Below are positions 26,257 through 37,172 of a stretch of 64,000 nucleotides of DNA, piece after piece. The first letter of the stretch is position 1, and each line of letters starts with the position of its first letter. Source of the DNA: Paecilomyces variotii. Its lineage: Eukaryota. A model generated the notes under the pieces. It saw nothing but the letters and a program-made list of their open reading frames with translations, searched no databases and was not told the DNA's origin. The DNA lies in assembly GCA_004022145.1 (NCBI GenBank), contig RCNU01000002.1; one strand, 5' to 3'. Position numbers and translations under genes: made by a program.

Positions 26257-26436
26257 GAAAAGGACAGGACATGTCCGCAGTGAGTCGGCATTTGTGTTAG
26301 TCCCCTAAAATGTAAACAAATGCACATCTTTATACAGAGAATATTTCCAAATAATTTATCTGTTTATCTAGCTCCCAGGCTCCTAGTAGCAAGCAGGTGG
26401 CCGCTCACGCGGCCACTAGCTTCGTCGTCCAGATAG
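26254..26436 (+). repeat. Repeat A, copy 2, containing a perfect 8-bp-stem GC hairpin (26397-26416)
   Basis: Aligns with 24354-24510; gtggccgc-tcac-gcggccac. Confidence 0.8.
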
Positions 26437-27092
26437 ACACGCTACCATTTTCTTCTTCTTCTCCATTTCGACATCTTGGGCATCGGGGCTTCTAATTCTT
26501 TGTTATCGAGCGCTGCGGGAAATTCCCTGGTGCAGGAATAATTGGGTTCCCTCTGATGATCCATGACGGAGATCCCGGTCGATCCCGTCAATCACCCGAG
26601 AACTCATGGCTACATAATCCTAAGAAAGCTTCCATAAGTATAGGAATTTGAGCTTCCAAGGTCCCAACCTCTACCCACCATCCAAAAACCGCTCATGGAC
26701 AACAGGTCAGCGCAGAAGGCTTTAAGGCGCGGAGGAAGGCACAAGTGGTTGCCTGAAATACTAAGTACTCCAGCCAACTGGTACCACAACTAGGCTGCTA
26801 TGTTTCTGTATCTGTCAGTCGATAATCACGAGAGAGCGCCTGTCTCTTCTACACACACACGCTCTGTCTGTTCGCACCTTCCCATTCAACCTGTCAAGCT
26901 CGGTTGAGTCGAGTCAAGTTGAGTCGCTGTGTTTGTAAGTCTGCCCGGTCGTCACACTCTTCACTGCAAGCTTCTTCGGTTCATTTATCGATAAATCTTT
27001 GCAAGATGCTTACTAACATGCGAACTATATCTAAGTAATCCAAAAGAAAGCGGCCACGTTCCCCAGTGGCATCGGATGCAAAACGCTTGAAA

Positions 27093-28767
27093 ATGGACCA
27101 CCCGAGGCTCTTCCGCGAGTTCGCAGAGAAAGTCCAGGCAATCTGCGCCACTACTGATCCCCAGGATATTCTTGATGCTTTGAGGGAATTGGCGGAAGGA
27201 AGGGCGGCGAAGTTGCAGGATGGGACGCAGGTAGAAGCACTTTCTGGCCTTGGAAATCAAGCTGGTGACCAGAATCCGCATGAATCATACACGCAAACAA
27301 TGGCTGCATTGCTACGTTGGGGTGTCAATACATTTCCCAATCACCCGTTGCACGAGGAGCCTAACCTGTGGGAAACAATGGCACTCTTTGATGGCCCCAG
27401 AGGTTATAATCAGCGGTATGTTAGTGCGATCTTGTTCGAGACAGATAGTGCTGACCATTCCGCTTAGGTTAATCAGCGATGGACTCTATATCGACGGACT
27501 CCGCGTGGAATATGTCGAGCCTCCGGAAGCAGGGTTACTCGTCCCGGTAGTGCCGAAGCCAAAAATCCTCGTACCATCTCAACGACAACCAATTCAGCCT
27601 TTAGATGAAGATCTTCCGTATATTTCGGAGTTCTTGCGTGGTATCAACACTGCTAGAGCCGTCGTGGCCACCCGCTGCATGTTTGGCTGGCCACAATTGT
27701 CATTACACTGTATGTGCCTCTATGTGGATGCAGAGGACACATCCTACCTTGCGAACTTGGTTGCTTCTCAGGCAGAGCCTGGCGTTGTTGTGAAGGCGGA
27801 GCTTTGCGACATAGCGGACTATATGTCTTCGGCCCAAGACATCTTGGGGTTCTCAGGCCTCAGCCGTTTAGAGCATAGCGAACGACGGTACTCACTTCGG
27901 AAAAATCCCGTCCCACGTTCCGTTCGCGAGCGTGTTCATCATGGACAGTCCATCTCTCTCATGGGAGAAGAATCAAAGGGCTCGGTTGGGGTTTTTCTAT
28001 CCCCTTGTGGCGTCGAACAGCCCAAAACCTACGCCTTAACCGCATACCACGTCGTACCGTTCAAGGCAGCCGATGAGTCGCGTGCTATCATACCCGGAGG
28101 ACTTGATATCTTGAGTCAATTACTAAAGGCTCTTGAAGATCCCCCAGGTCGCGATGACGTCGGAGTGCTGGTGAAAAGATGGAACGAACCCTGCGGGAAT
28201 GTAGAATATGGGAGTATCGGAGCAAATCAACAAGGGTGGAGATGCGATTTTGCATTGGTTCGGCTTGACGAACATTTGCTAGGGAGAAATGGCGAATGGT
28301 ATAATCATGAAGAGATGACTGATCTATACATCCGAACTGAAAAGTGTTCCAATTTCTCTGGAAGCCATGGTATTGTGGGCAGCATTGACCCACAAGCTGG
28401 AGAGATCTCTTACAAGGATGGCGCAGCGACAGGTTGCACAGCAGGAAAGATAGGTTTATCTGAAGCACTGATGTTTGTGCGTGGAACATCGGACATTGCT
28501 ACACAAGAAACATCCGCTCCTATCGACAAAACCAAGCTTATTACGCTACACCAACTTGGTCACGGTGCTGTATGTGACAAGGGCGACTCAGGATGCGGTG
28601 TTTTCGTGCCAGTCCCTCAGGAAGATGGTTGGAAGTGGGCCGGGCAATTAGTTCATATGCTACATGCGAGCAGCGAGGCAGATATAGGCCTTATGATACC
28701 GCAGAGCCAAGTTTTTCAAGCCCTAAGAGAGAACACAGGGATGACTTGGATGATGCCTGGAGTTTAG
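27093..28767 (+). CDS. Orphan-type protein with C-terminal chymotrypsin/trypsin-like serine protease domain (~540 aa)
   Basis: Intron 27416-27467 joins the two ORFs in frame; GSVGVFL, ALTAYHVV (His), DFALVRL (Asp), KDGAATGCTAG, DKGDSG (Ser); start uncertain. Confidence 0.75.
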
Positions 28768-29325
28768 CTAGAAGACATTGTACACGCTACGTGTGCAGTC
28801 GTGGGCATTCTTAGCTACCTGAGGATTAAATAGCTAGCCTGAGACTAATAGAATTATTTCCAATAAGCCCGCTAGCTACTACGGCAGCATCTCAGATTCC
28901 CATTTATTTGCGTTTCGCATTTTGAAACTCCAATTGTATTGACAACATCGTTGGAATCTCCAACGAGGGGTCGGCGACATCACTTAATCCGGACGATTAT
29001 ACTTGTCCTGCGTATTGGCCTATCCCAGTTTATTATAAGTCATGCGCTGAGACGATTGAATGCGGCATTCATGCACACAATACACTGTAAATGCGAAAAG
29101 GGGGAAATTAATCAAATCCAGACAAATGTGAAGAGAGTCAATAATCTACCTACCCTACGCCATTCTCTTTCTTTTTCCTTTAACTAACTAATTTCTCTCA
29201 ACTTTCTTGCTACTTAGTTTCTTATAACTTCTTTCTTTCTTTCCTTTCTCAAGATCCAGTATACTGATACTTTCCCTCTAGCCAGTTGAATAAACCGCCT
29301 AGGACCATTACACTGGCAAAGCAAA

Positions 29326-29421
29326 CCTAGGAAACCTAATAGTCCTAGCAAAGCTGGCACAACTAGCAGACCTAACTAACCTAGCTAATCTAGGAGACCT
29401 GGTAGACCTAGTGGAGCTAGC
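29326..29421 (+). repeat. 9-bp-periodic, RIP-like decayed collagen-type (P-G-X) repeat
   Basis: cct agg aaa cct aat agt cct agc aaa gct ggc aca act agc aga cct ... cct ggt aga cct agt gga gct agc. Confidence 0.55.
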
Positions 29422-29479
29422 ATATTAGTAGAGGTAATAAAGGGAGTGTGAAAGCGATTCTTTTGGAACTAAGAAACAT

Positions 29480-30151
29480 TTACTCAACATGGTATCCGTA
29501 CTCAGGTAGAGTGCCAGCAGCGATACCGAGTCCACATCCACGAAATGTTTCCGTCATGAACCGAAAAAACGACACCACAAATCCGTCCTTGTCCAGAATA
29601 GGACTTCCACAACTGCCATTAGTCGGTTCAATATCATTTCCCAGGTATAACCAGTGGCACTTAACCCACCGATTTTCATCTTCTGGGAGACGAATGAAGT
29701 GATCTCCAACAAAAAGTCCGCCAAGCCATCCCAGAAAAGGGTTATCCATTGTGACGATGTCCCCGAAGCGAAGATCCGTTTTTCTGATACCTTTGATGCG
29801 TTGACCATCGATGATACCCTCGGGAATATTGGTCGTAAAAGTCTCATTGTCATAGTATTGGTTTGGACAGAGACGGACTAATGAAATGTCCGCGTCAGGG
29901 ATCTTATACGTGACGTGACCAATGAGCTCACCATCCTTGTTGGGATGATAGACCTCGTCAGCTGGGAAGCCATGGCTCGCCACTGTGATAAAAGAGTCTC
30001 CGTTGTCATCGAAAACTTGGATACCAGACGTTGTGAGTAGTTCGGGGCCATGAGTATTTCCAGAACTAAGCATAACCCCCGGTCGAAGAACGTCGTAAGT
30101 TGACGAGTCCCACGAGTCTCTATTGGGTTCCGACGGCTTGATGGACAGCAA
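29480..30151 (-). pseudogene. 5'-truncated chymotrypsin-fold protein with Cys in the nucleophile position (3C-like protease motif)
   Basis: LRPGVMLSS, FITVASHGF (His), DISLVRL (Asp), NGSCGSPIL (Cys), VVSFFRF; ORF opens at TTG after an in-frame TGA, with repeat B directly upstream. Confidence 0.65.
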
Positions 30152-30172
30152 AGGTTTCGACCCGATACGATA

Positions 30173-30421
30173 TCAAACAGGACGTCCCGGATGCAGAATA
30201 CCATCTAAAACAGTGGCAGACACCCTGGTCATATCTTTTATGCGTCCTGGGATATAGAGAGGTAGATCTCGGTAGGTTTTTAGATACCTAGGTAGTTAGG
30301 TAAAGCAATCTAGTGGATACTATCCCGGCTTCGACAGTAGTACGCAGCAGATCTCGAGGTCAGATAACAATATGATCAGACTAATGAATGATATTTTGCT
30401 CCGCAGCTTGCTGACTTGTTC
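30173..30421 (+). repeat. Repeat B, copy 2 (right end of putative cassette 2), ending in TGTTC
   Basis: Aligns with 25863-26256 but lacks roughly 160 internal bp. Confidence 0.88.
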
Positions 30422-30565
30422 TACGGGGCTATTGTTTTTCGAATGAAGTTCTCTACGCGAATTGGGGCGGAGTTCTTGGCTCTCGTATGTCCGTGACATC
30501 ACGCCGTCTGAAGCTCCAACTGTTTTGGAACATCTGAACATCTCACAACGAACCACGGGGAAAAG

Positions 30566-32259
30566 ATGGTATATTCCTTTACTCTCCCCACGACTTCTCA
30601 TCTCTCGTTTCAGAAATTTCTCTCCTCTAGTACACATCCTTCTCTCCCACAAGCCGCTTCGACAGCTCGTCATGCATTGCGCCTCGCTCTCAAAGCTCAC
30701 AAGCACCTACCCCGCGCGCAACGCGAGACACATCTCCCCACCGTCCTCGCTGCATTGAACAATTACCTGCCTTATCTATTTGCTCTCTCCCATGGACTGA
30801 GTGGGAAACCCATTGGAAATGCTCCTTCTGGCGGCAGCGGCGTAGGAGAGGAGGTAGAGATTACACTCCGTGCGGAAATCGAGGTTGAATGGCGACCAAC
30901 ATTGACTTCTGGCTCGTCGATACTGAGGGGTGTAGGCGTGTACGGAGGCAGCACGTCTCGTGTCCATGGACGAGGTCTTGATTTTGAAATCGCTTTTACT
31001 CTTACTACGTTGGGATATGTTCTGTCGGGAATCGCGAGGTCTGGAGTGTTAAGGACCTTGTATGCGGCACGTACCCCAACGGCGGAACAGCGTACGGCGG
31101 CGGTTCAGACAGCAACGAAGCATTTGTTACAAGCCAGCTCCGTACATTCCTTCCTGGCGTCTTCACCGTCCTTTGCGGCATTGACTGCGCGTAAGTCCAG
31201 TCGAGGCCGAGGTGGTGACCGGGAAAGTTCTACGCCGTCAGCTCCCGCGGGGGTTGTACCAGACCTACACCCTGCTACACAGGCAGCTCTGGCAACCCTA
31301 GCTCTTGCAGAGGCGACTTTGTTGGCTGTTCTGAAAGACGATGCCTACGTGACAACCTGCATCCAAGCTCGCAACCCTCGCGATAAGGATTGGATGGTCC
31401 GGGCACCCGAAATCCCTAAAGTCAGGGCGTTGCTCTTCGCGCGTCTGTGCGTCCGCGGGGCGGAATATGCAGAGCAAGTCGCGGCGGGTCTAGGGACAGT
31501 CGGGGCAGATGGAAGGAATAGTGCCGCAGCTGAAAAGATCGACGAGGATCTCGTCAGATATGCGCGTACATTGGGCAAAGTCGCGCGGGCTAGAGCTTGT
31601 CGTTTTTTTGGAGTAGATGCGGAGTTATCAGGAAAGATAGGAGAAGGGATTGCATGGCTAAGAGCTGCTAAGGCTGTCCTCGGGTTCAAGAGCTCCCTGG
31701 CCGGGGACGAAGAGGCTGCTACAAAGAGTAGTAAAGGCGGGCTGGCCAGGCTAAAGCGGGAGTGGGCGGAACGTAGAGAAGAGAAGAAGATGGAGAAGGA
31801 GGCAGGAAGTGGAAACACTGGCGAGAAAGGCGCCTTGGAACCAGGCGATGATGCAGGCCGAGAGGAAGAAGGCCGGGTTATTGACATGCTGGAGACGAAG
31901 TGGGTGAAGATGAACGATACTGTGAGTCTCTATCACCATATCTCCTTCTAAAAAGGGTCCGCCTTAAGACTAATCCACAACTAAAGGTCAGCACACAATT
32001 AATCCCGGCAGCAACGGGCCTCCTCTCTAACCTCCCGTCTGGTCGAGATATCCATTCACCCCCCGCGCCATATACGCCTCCTTCGCTGGACGAGGACGAC
32101 CTGGTGCGAATGCGCGCACCACCTGAAGAGGATGAACTCTTCTCAGACAATGATCCGGATAGTGATGATGAGACCAGCCCTGCTGGAGGTAAATATACCC
32201 CCGGTGCTTTCCCGGGATCGCGAACACTCTCCCGTGCGGAGTCGACTTCTTACTACTGA
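30566..32259 (+). CDS. palC: pH-signalling protein PalC (Bro1 domain)
   Basis: MVYSFTLPTTSHLSF...HPSLP N-terminus, LLAVLKDD, APEIPKVRALLFARLC, KWVKMNDT/INTQL-like junction over intron 31922-31987, C-terminal YY. Confidence 0.9.
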
Positions 32260-32812
32260 AACTTTGGGTGTTCTCGTGTCATACTTAGATCTGCGGACCA
32301 TATATGGGATGATACAAGGATAAGATACCCCCGTATGAAGCAAGATCAGGTCAAAACAAGTAGGTCCGCATGGAAAATCGAAACCAAAAAAAGAGATGTC
32401 ATGATTTATCGCGTGCACGCAAGTAAAACCAAGAAAGACGAGCTTGCTCCTGTCACTCCCGATCCTTTTCAGAATTTCAGATAGCAGCCCGACGTAAGAG
32501 TATAGTATATGTACACTTTCCATTCCATCAATCCAGCCAAGTCGGAAGGCTCTTATGGACCCGTAACAGAGAAAGGAAGAGAAAACCGAAGTCGGAGCCA
32601 CTCAACATTGCAGTCGAGGTTGATGATACCTGCGACAGATGTTCTGTAGAAATTTCCCTCATCCATCACTTATCGCAAGTACTCAGTTCCAGTTGTCGCT
32701 TAACCTTCTTTGTTCTCTTCAGGCAGATATAAGGCTGAACCGTCACCAGATTCTCGTTCCTCTTATCGTCCAGTCAAACGGAATTCAAGAAGAATCCGTA
32801 TCGCTCAGTCCT

Positions 32813-33268
32813 TTATGCCGACTTGGCGGCCTCGCCGGCCTTGGAGAAGTAGTTTTTCTCCTCGAAGAGGTAACCCTTGATCTTGCGCTCTGAGAGGAGT
32901 TCGAAGTAGCGTTCTTGATATCGCAGAACAACGTCAGTAACACAGTTCACTAAATAACTTCCAATTTCTCCACGCCTCTAATTCAATCCCAGGCGCAGCG
33001 AACCCATGAGAAAGAAGTCCTATGGTCTATCTAGAAACTCACCTCTCAGCTTTCCACATTTCTCCAGATGATTCACTCCTTCTCTCTGATAGCACTTGGA
33101 CAGCTCCTCGCCGACCAGACGAGACATCATGCTGCGCACCCACTGCTCGCGAATGATAGCATCACGAGCATTGTGCACGGCGACGTTGTCCTCGAAGTCG
33201 ACACCCTCGTACGTCGGCGGCACGGTGGGCTTCTTAGCCAGGAAAGCGGCGGACTCGGGGGTCGGCAT
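32813..33268 (-). CDS. NADH:ubiquinone oxidoreductase 12 kDa subunit (NDUFB10/PDSW family)
   Basis: MPTPESAAFLAKKP...REQWVRSMM...CYQREGVNHLEKC, intron, ERYFELL...KGYLFEEKN. Confidence 0.92.
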
Positions 33269-34209
33269 GGTTTCGATTCTTGTTGAAGGGGATGAGGAAG
33301 GACAGGAAGCGAGCAATTGGAGTGCTGGTGGGTGGTAGATCCGTCGCGATAGTCCTGGGAAGCTCTGAGCTGAGGATGGATTGACCTTCCAACTAGGTAG
33401 AGGGCGGGTTTGCAGTGCCAAATGCGGGAAAGGTCATTGGTCGAGGACGAGGCGGAAAGGGTGGCAGAACTCCCAGACCTTGAGGGACTTGCGCCGCAGT
33501 AGATGACACTACTCTAAGAACATCGGAAATGTGAAACATTTCCAGTGAATAACAATAACAGCAAACTGCGTAAGAGGCTACATGGTTCAACGATGTTACT
33601 GGATATTCATCTAAGTCCATATCCGCTGGAATCAAAAATTGAGATCCATGACTGACTTTGGGAATACCAGGGCAGTTATCCTCGGACTCGAGAAGAATGA
33701 GAGACGCTGTGCTGTTAACCAGGTGGGCTCTAACATGTTCGTGCTGCCTTAAAAAAAAGGGTATGCGGACTTACCAACAGTGACGTCTTCGAAGCAAACA
33801 TATGCCCATACAGTATATCTGGAGCGAAGCTCGCTGAGCTTGAATTCTCTAGCAACTAGCTCAGCCTATTTAACCCTGTGGAGCTAGAAAGGCGTGGGAG
33901 AAACCCGTCAAGAGGGAGGCCTGCATGTAGGCAGGCTCCGACAGTATACGATATGATTTAGTGATGGTGGCAGTGTTCGAGCTCTAGAAACGGGCGATGG
34001 ATCTCAGTGGTACAGTTCAATGCTCTAGGCAGAACAACCCGTCTAGGCTTCTACACGCTATGTGATTGTTACATTCTGCATGTCATGGCTCTTTCACCTT
34101 ACCCCTCATACGCTGTTGCGACTTCACCTCAAATTTATCTGCATATTCATTATCTTTTGGGATACATCGTGACCTAGATCTTAGGAAACCCCATAGAGCT
34201 ACCTTCAAG

Positions 34210-35248
34210 ATGTCTGAAAACGACTTTGAAGATGTTGACTGTGTTACTTTTGATAATGATCCACGCACTTGGATACTGAAGGAGAAAATTCACGAGAACA
34301 AATCTCAGCTTGATAAGATGGAGTTCGATGGGCAACACGTTGCTTCTAAATCTTGGGAAGTTTACATTTGTAAAAACTCTGCTGACCCTTCGGAAGAAGC
34401 AATCATCAAAATATACAAGCAGTATGTCTTCCTTCTAGGAACTCCTACGGTTGCTAATTCTCTTACAGAATTCCTTATATTGGATCCGAGTTTACTCGAC
34501 CGCAGGTAAGGCGGAGGCAAGCTCTGCCGATTGACGGGCTCGCCAAAAAGGAACTCGACGCTCTCAGGACGTTTACAGAAAAAGGATGCGCTTCAACTCC
34601 CAAGCTTCTGGGATACAAAGAAGAGGTTCAAGGTCCGCAAGACATCGTTCCTGGAGGGTTCATCCTCTATCTATTGATGGAAAGGTTGCCCGGTTCCTGC
34701 CTTGATGAGTACGCCTTCTGGGACTTGGACGAATCTGAACGCGCCAAGGTTCTAGAGAAATTTAAGACTGCATGGATGTAAGTTCCTACGTTCATCATCA
34801 TTTATCTCCTATTCTCAACTATAAAAGTATATATATACATATATTCATAACTCATCATTATATACAGAGATTGTTACAACGCCGGTCTCGTGCCTTCCAA
34901 CGGCCTTGGCGAAACGATCATGTGGGATCCTGCAGCAGAGAGAGTGTGAGTGGTCATCATACTTCCACCCCTCTGAACGTGCAAATAGCTTGGAGCTAAC
35001 CATACAATAATAGTTATTTCACGGGATTCAGTGACAGTTTCTCGTCGGAGGAATCTCCGGAAGGATGGAGTGAAAGGCAGTGGGACGAATGGGACTTATT
35101 CCAGCGACCTAGGCAACGTCAGAAACCGGTTCCTACTGGCGCAGAAACAGGAGAATCTCTTCTAGCCTCCCGGAGTCGTGCTTCAAATTCAATGGTAGCA
35201 CATATTTTTGACATGTACACGGGCGCTTCTTCTCCTCGCTTCTCATGA
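34210..35248 (+). CDS. Protein-kinase-like (PKL) fold orphan protein, probably a pseudokinase; 4 exons
   Basis: Introns 34422-34468, 34778-34867, 34946-35013 give an open frame: AIIKIYKQIP, KELDAL, TPKLLGY, PGGFILYLLMERLPG; catalytic-loop and DFG-equivalent positions degenerate. Confidence 0.7.
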
Positions 35249-35318
35249 TATCTCATCATCTTGGTCGTCTCCAGAGAACAAAGATTGAAGTTTGTGGACG
35301 AGAAGATAGAGTATAGGA

Positions 35319-35361
35319 GCTTCAGGTTGCTTCAGGTTGCTTCAGGTCGCTTCAAGTTGCT
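35319..35361 (+). repeat. 10-bp tandem repeat (gcttcaggtt) x4
   Basis: gcttcaggttgcttcaggttgcttcaggtcgcttcaagttgc. Confidence 0.9.
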
Positions 35362-36322
35362 ATAATGGCTCAATAGGCAGAATAACGGATTTTCTTCCAT
35401 AGTAAAATGGACGGTTCTGACCCTGGCACTTCGTAGACTGGCAGACTTGGAAAATCTATGAGATTCAATAGAGGACACAGAGACGAGTAGCACAACATGA
35501 CTCCAGAGATCAGGTTGCAAACTTTCGCACCCATAGACCTTATGCTGAACAGTGTTCTCAAAAAATGTAATGAGGTATGCCTTCTGTTTTGGATATCTTC
35601 AGTATATGCATAGTCCCTAGTTATATTACCACTCCATTGAGCCAGGTATTGGGGTAAATGTTGCCCATCTTCCATCATCGGTATAATTAACTTGGAAGCG
35701 CTCAATCATATCATATTATCAAACGTGATTATTATAGTTCCCAGTGGCTCATGAGCCATTTTCAAGAACACCTCCAGGGAGCGGGATCGGCTTGGAGATT
35801 ACATAGAGCAGCTACATCAAGCTAAGAATGCTATTATCTGCTAATACTACCAGTATTGATCGTTGTTACGGTCATAAATCTACCAAATTTCCAACTTGAG
35901 CTATTGTTTTCTTCATCATAAAGATGTACTATCGATTTAGGATCGTATTATGTTTTGTTACCCGATGGGTGTTTTCCATTGCCAACCAAGCTTAACCGTT
36001 TTTTGACGTCATCAACAGTATGAGGATAATGAAGTCATTTATTTAAGTCCGCAACGTACCAGAGAAACCATTCTCAGAACGTCTCAATTTATCTATTACT
36101 TGGTCGAAATAGCGTCTTGAAACCACTTATTATATGGTACGGGCGCATGCGCACACCAACAGCTAATAACATATCGAAACCACCCTTGTCAGTTACTCTA
36201 ATACTCAGCATACACAGCAATAGCAGAGCCTGTCATCAAGAGAAACGCTACCACAAAACAAGATAATCTAATTGGCATTCTTCGCGAATAAAGACACTGT
36301 TACAGCAATAGAGAAACCGACA

Positions 36323-36994
36323 ATGTCGACCGCAACAACTTCACAACCACCTCAACCACCGAAGCAAACCGCTTACACACAAGACGTCAACCCGGTCTCA
36401 CAGACTCCAGCGGAACAGCGCCCTGGTTCTGGCACCCAGGCACAGCCAGTATATGCCTCTTCTTCCTCCAGCAGTAGTCGTCAGTACGGCGATGCGCCGC
36501 CCGCTATTCACCGTACGGCAGACTCGCTGCCTTCTTCGGACGACAAGGTAGCCCAGCTGCAAAAGCAGCGTGAGCGCGAGCGAAAAGAGTCACTATCGGG
36601 TGCGGAGGTAGACACGGAATATGGCGTCGAACAACAACCTGCTGAAGGTCGGATCGCGGCTGCAGTTGAAGGGAAGCAAGAGCGTGCGCGGGAACAGGCG
36701 GGAGCGCATTCTGGTCCTGTGGGAAGCGCTGGAGGGCCTGGCGCGCCAGGATTCGGCGAGGAGGGAGATTTCGCAAAGAATCTGGACAAGAAGAGGGAAA
36801 ATCATGATCGAATTTTGGGTCAGAAGGCCGGAAAGAGCCCCCCTCCTCCCGATGAGGTAGAAGGTCAGGAGGCCGCCGAGGGAACTGTGCAAGAAAGGGA
36901 GAGATTGAGGCAGAGAAAGCTGAAGGAGGACGAAGAGCTGGATGTAAAGGGCGCAGTAAAGCAGGGGACCCACGATGCCGTCGTTGGACGGTAA
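36323..36994 (+). CDS. Hydrophilic, low-complexity hypothetical protein
   Basis: ORF from MSTATT; charged/Gly-rich; motifs YGVEQQPAEGRIAAAV and NLDKKRENHDRIL. Confidence 0.7.
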   Translation: MSTATTSQPPQPPKQTAYTQDVNPVSQTPAEQRPGSGTQAQPVYASSSSSSSRQYGDAPPAIHRTADSLPSSDDKVAQLQKQRERERKESLSGAEVDTEYGVEQQPAEGRIAAAVEGKQERAREQAGAHSGPVGSAGGPGAPGFGEEGDFAKNLDKKRENHDRILGQKAGKSPPPPDEVEGQEAAEGTVQERERLRQRKLKEDEELDVKGAVKQGTHDAVVGR

Positions 36995-37172
36995 AGATGA
37001 TGGAGGAGTGAGAAGGGAGGCTGATGTAGTTCACTAAGGATAACTCATATTGATGTCCACACCATTCGAGGCGAACAGTATCTTTATACGACTGTGTAGA
37101 ACTAGTGTAATATACAAGGCTCATGTCATGATAATATAACGTCAAAACGAATAAAGGGTATCAAATGCAATC

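Noticed and set aside
24354-26436. Repeats A1/A2 as LTRs of a copia retrotransposon around the gag ORF
   Set aside because: No TG...CA termini, PBS, PPT or pol seen; the A/B layout extends to 30421 and fits a tandem cassette better.
33997-34015. atggatctcagtgg upstream of the pseudokinase resembling atggatctcatcagtgg at ~23246
   Set aside because: Too short and gapped to support a shared element.
35370-35705. 111-aa minus-strand ORF
   Set aside because: No recognisable motif; possibly a decayed orphan but unsupported.
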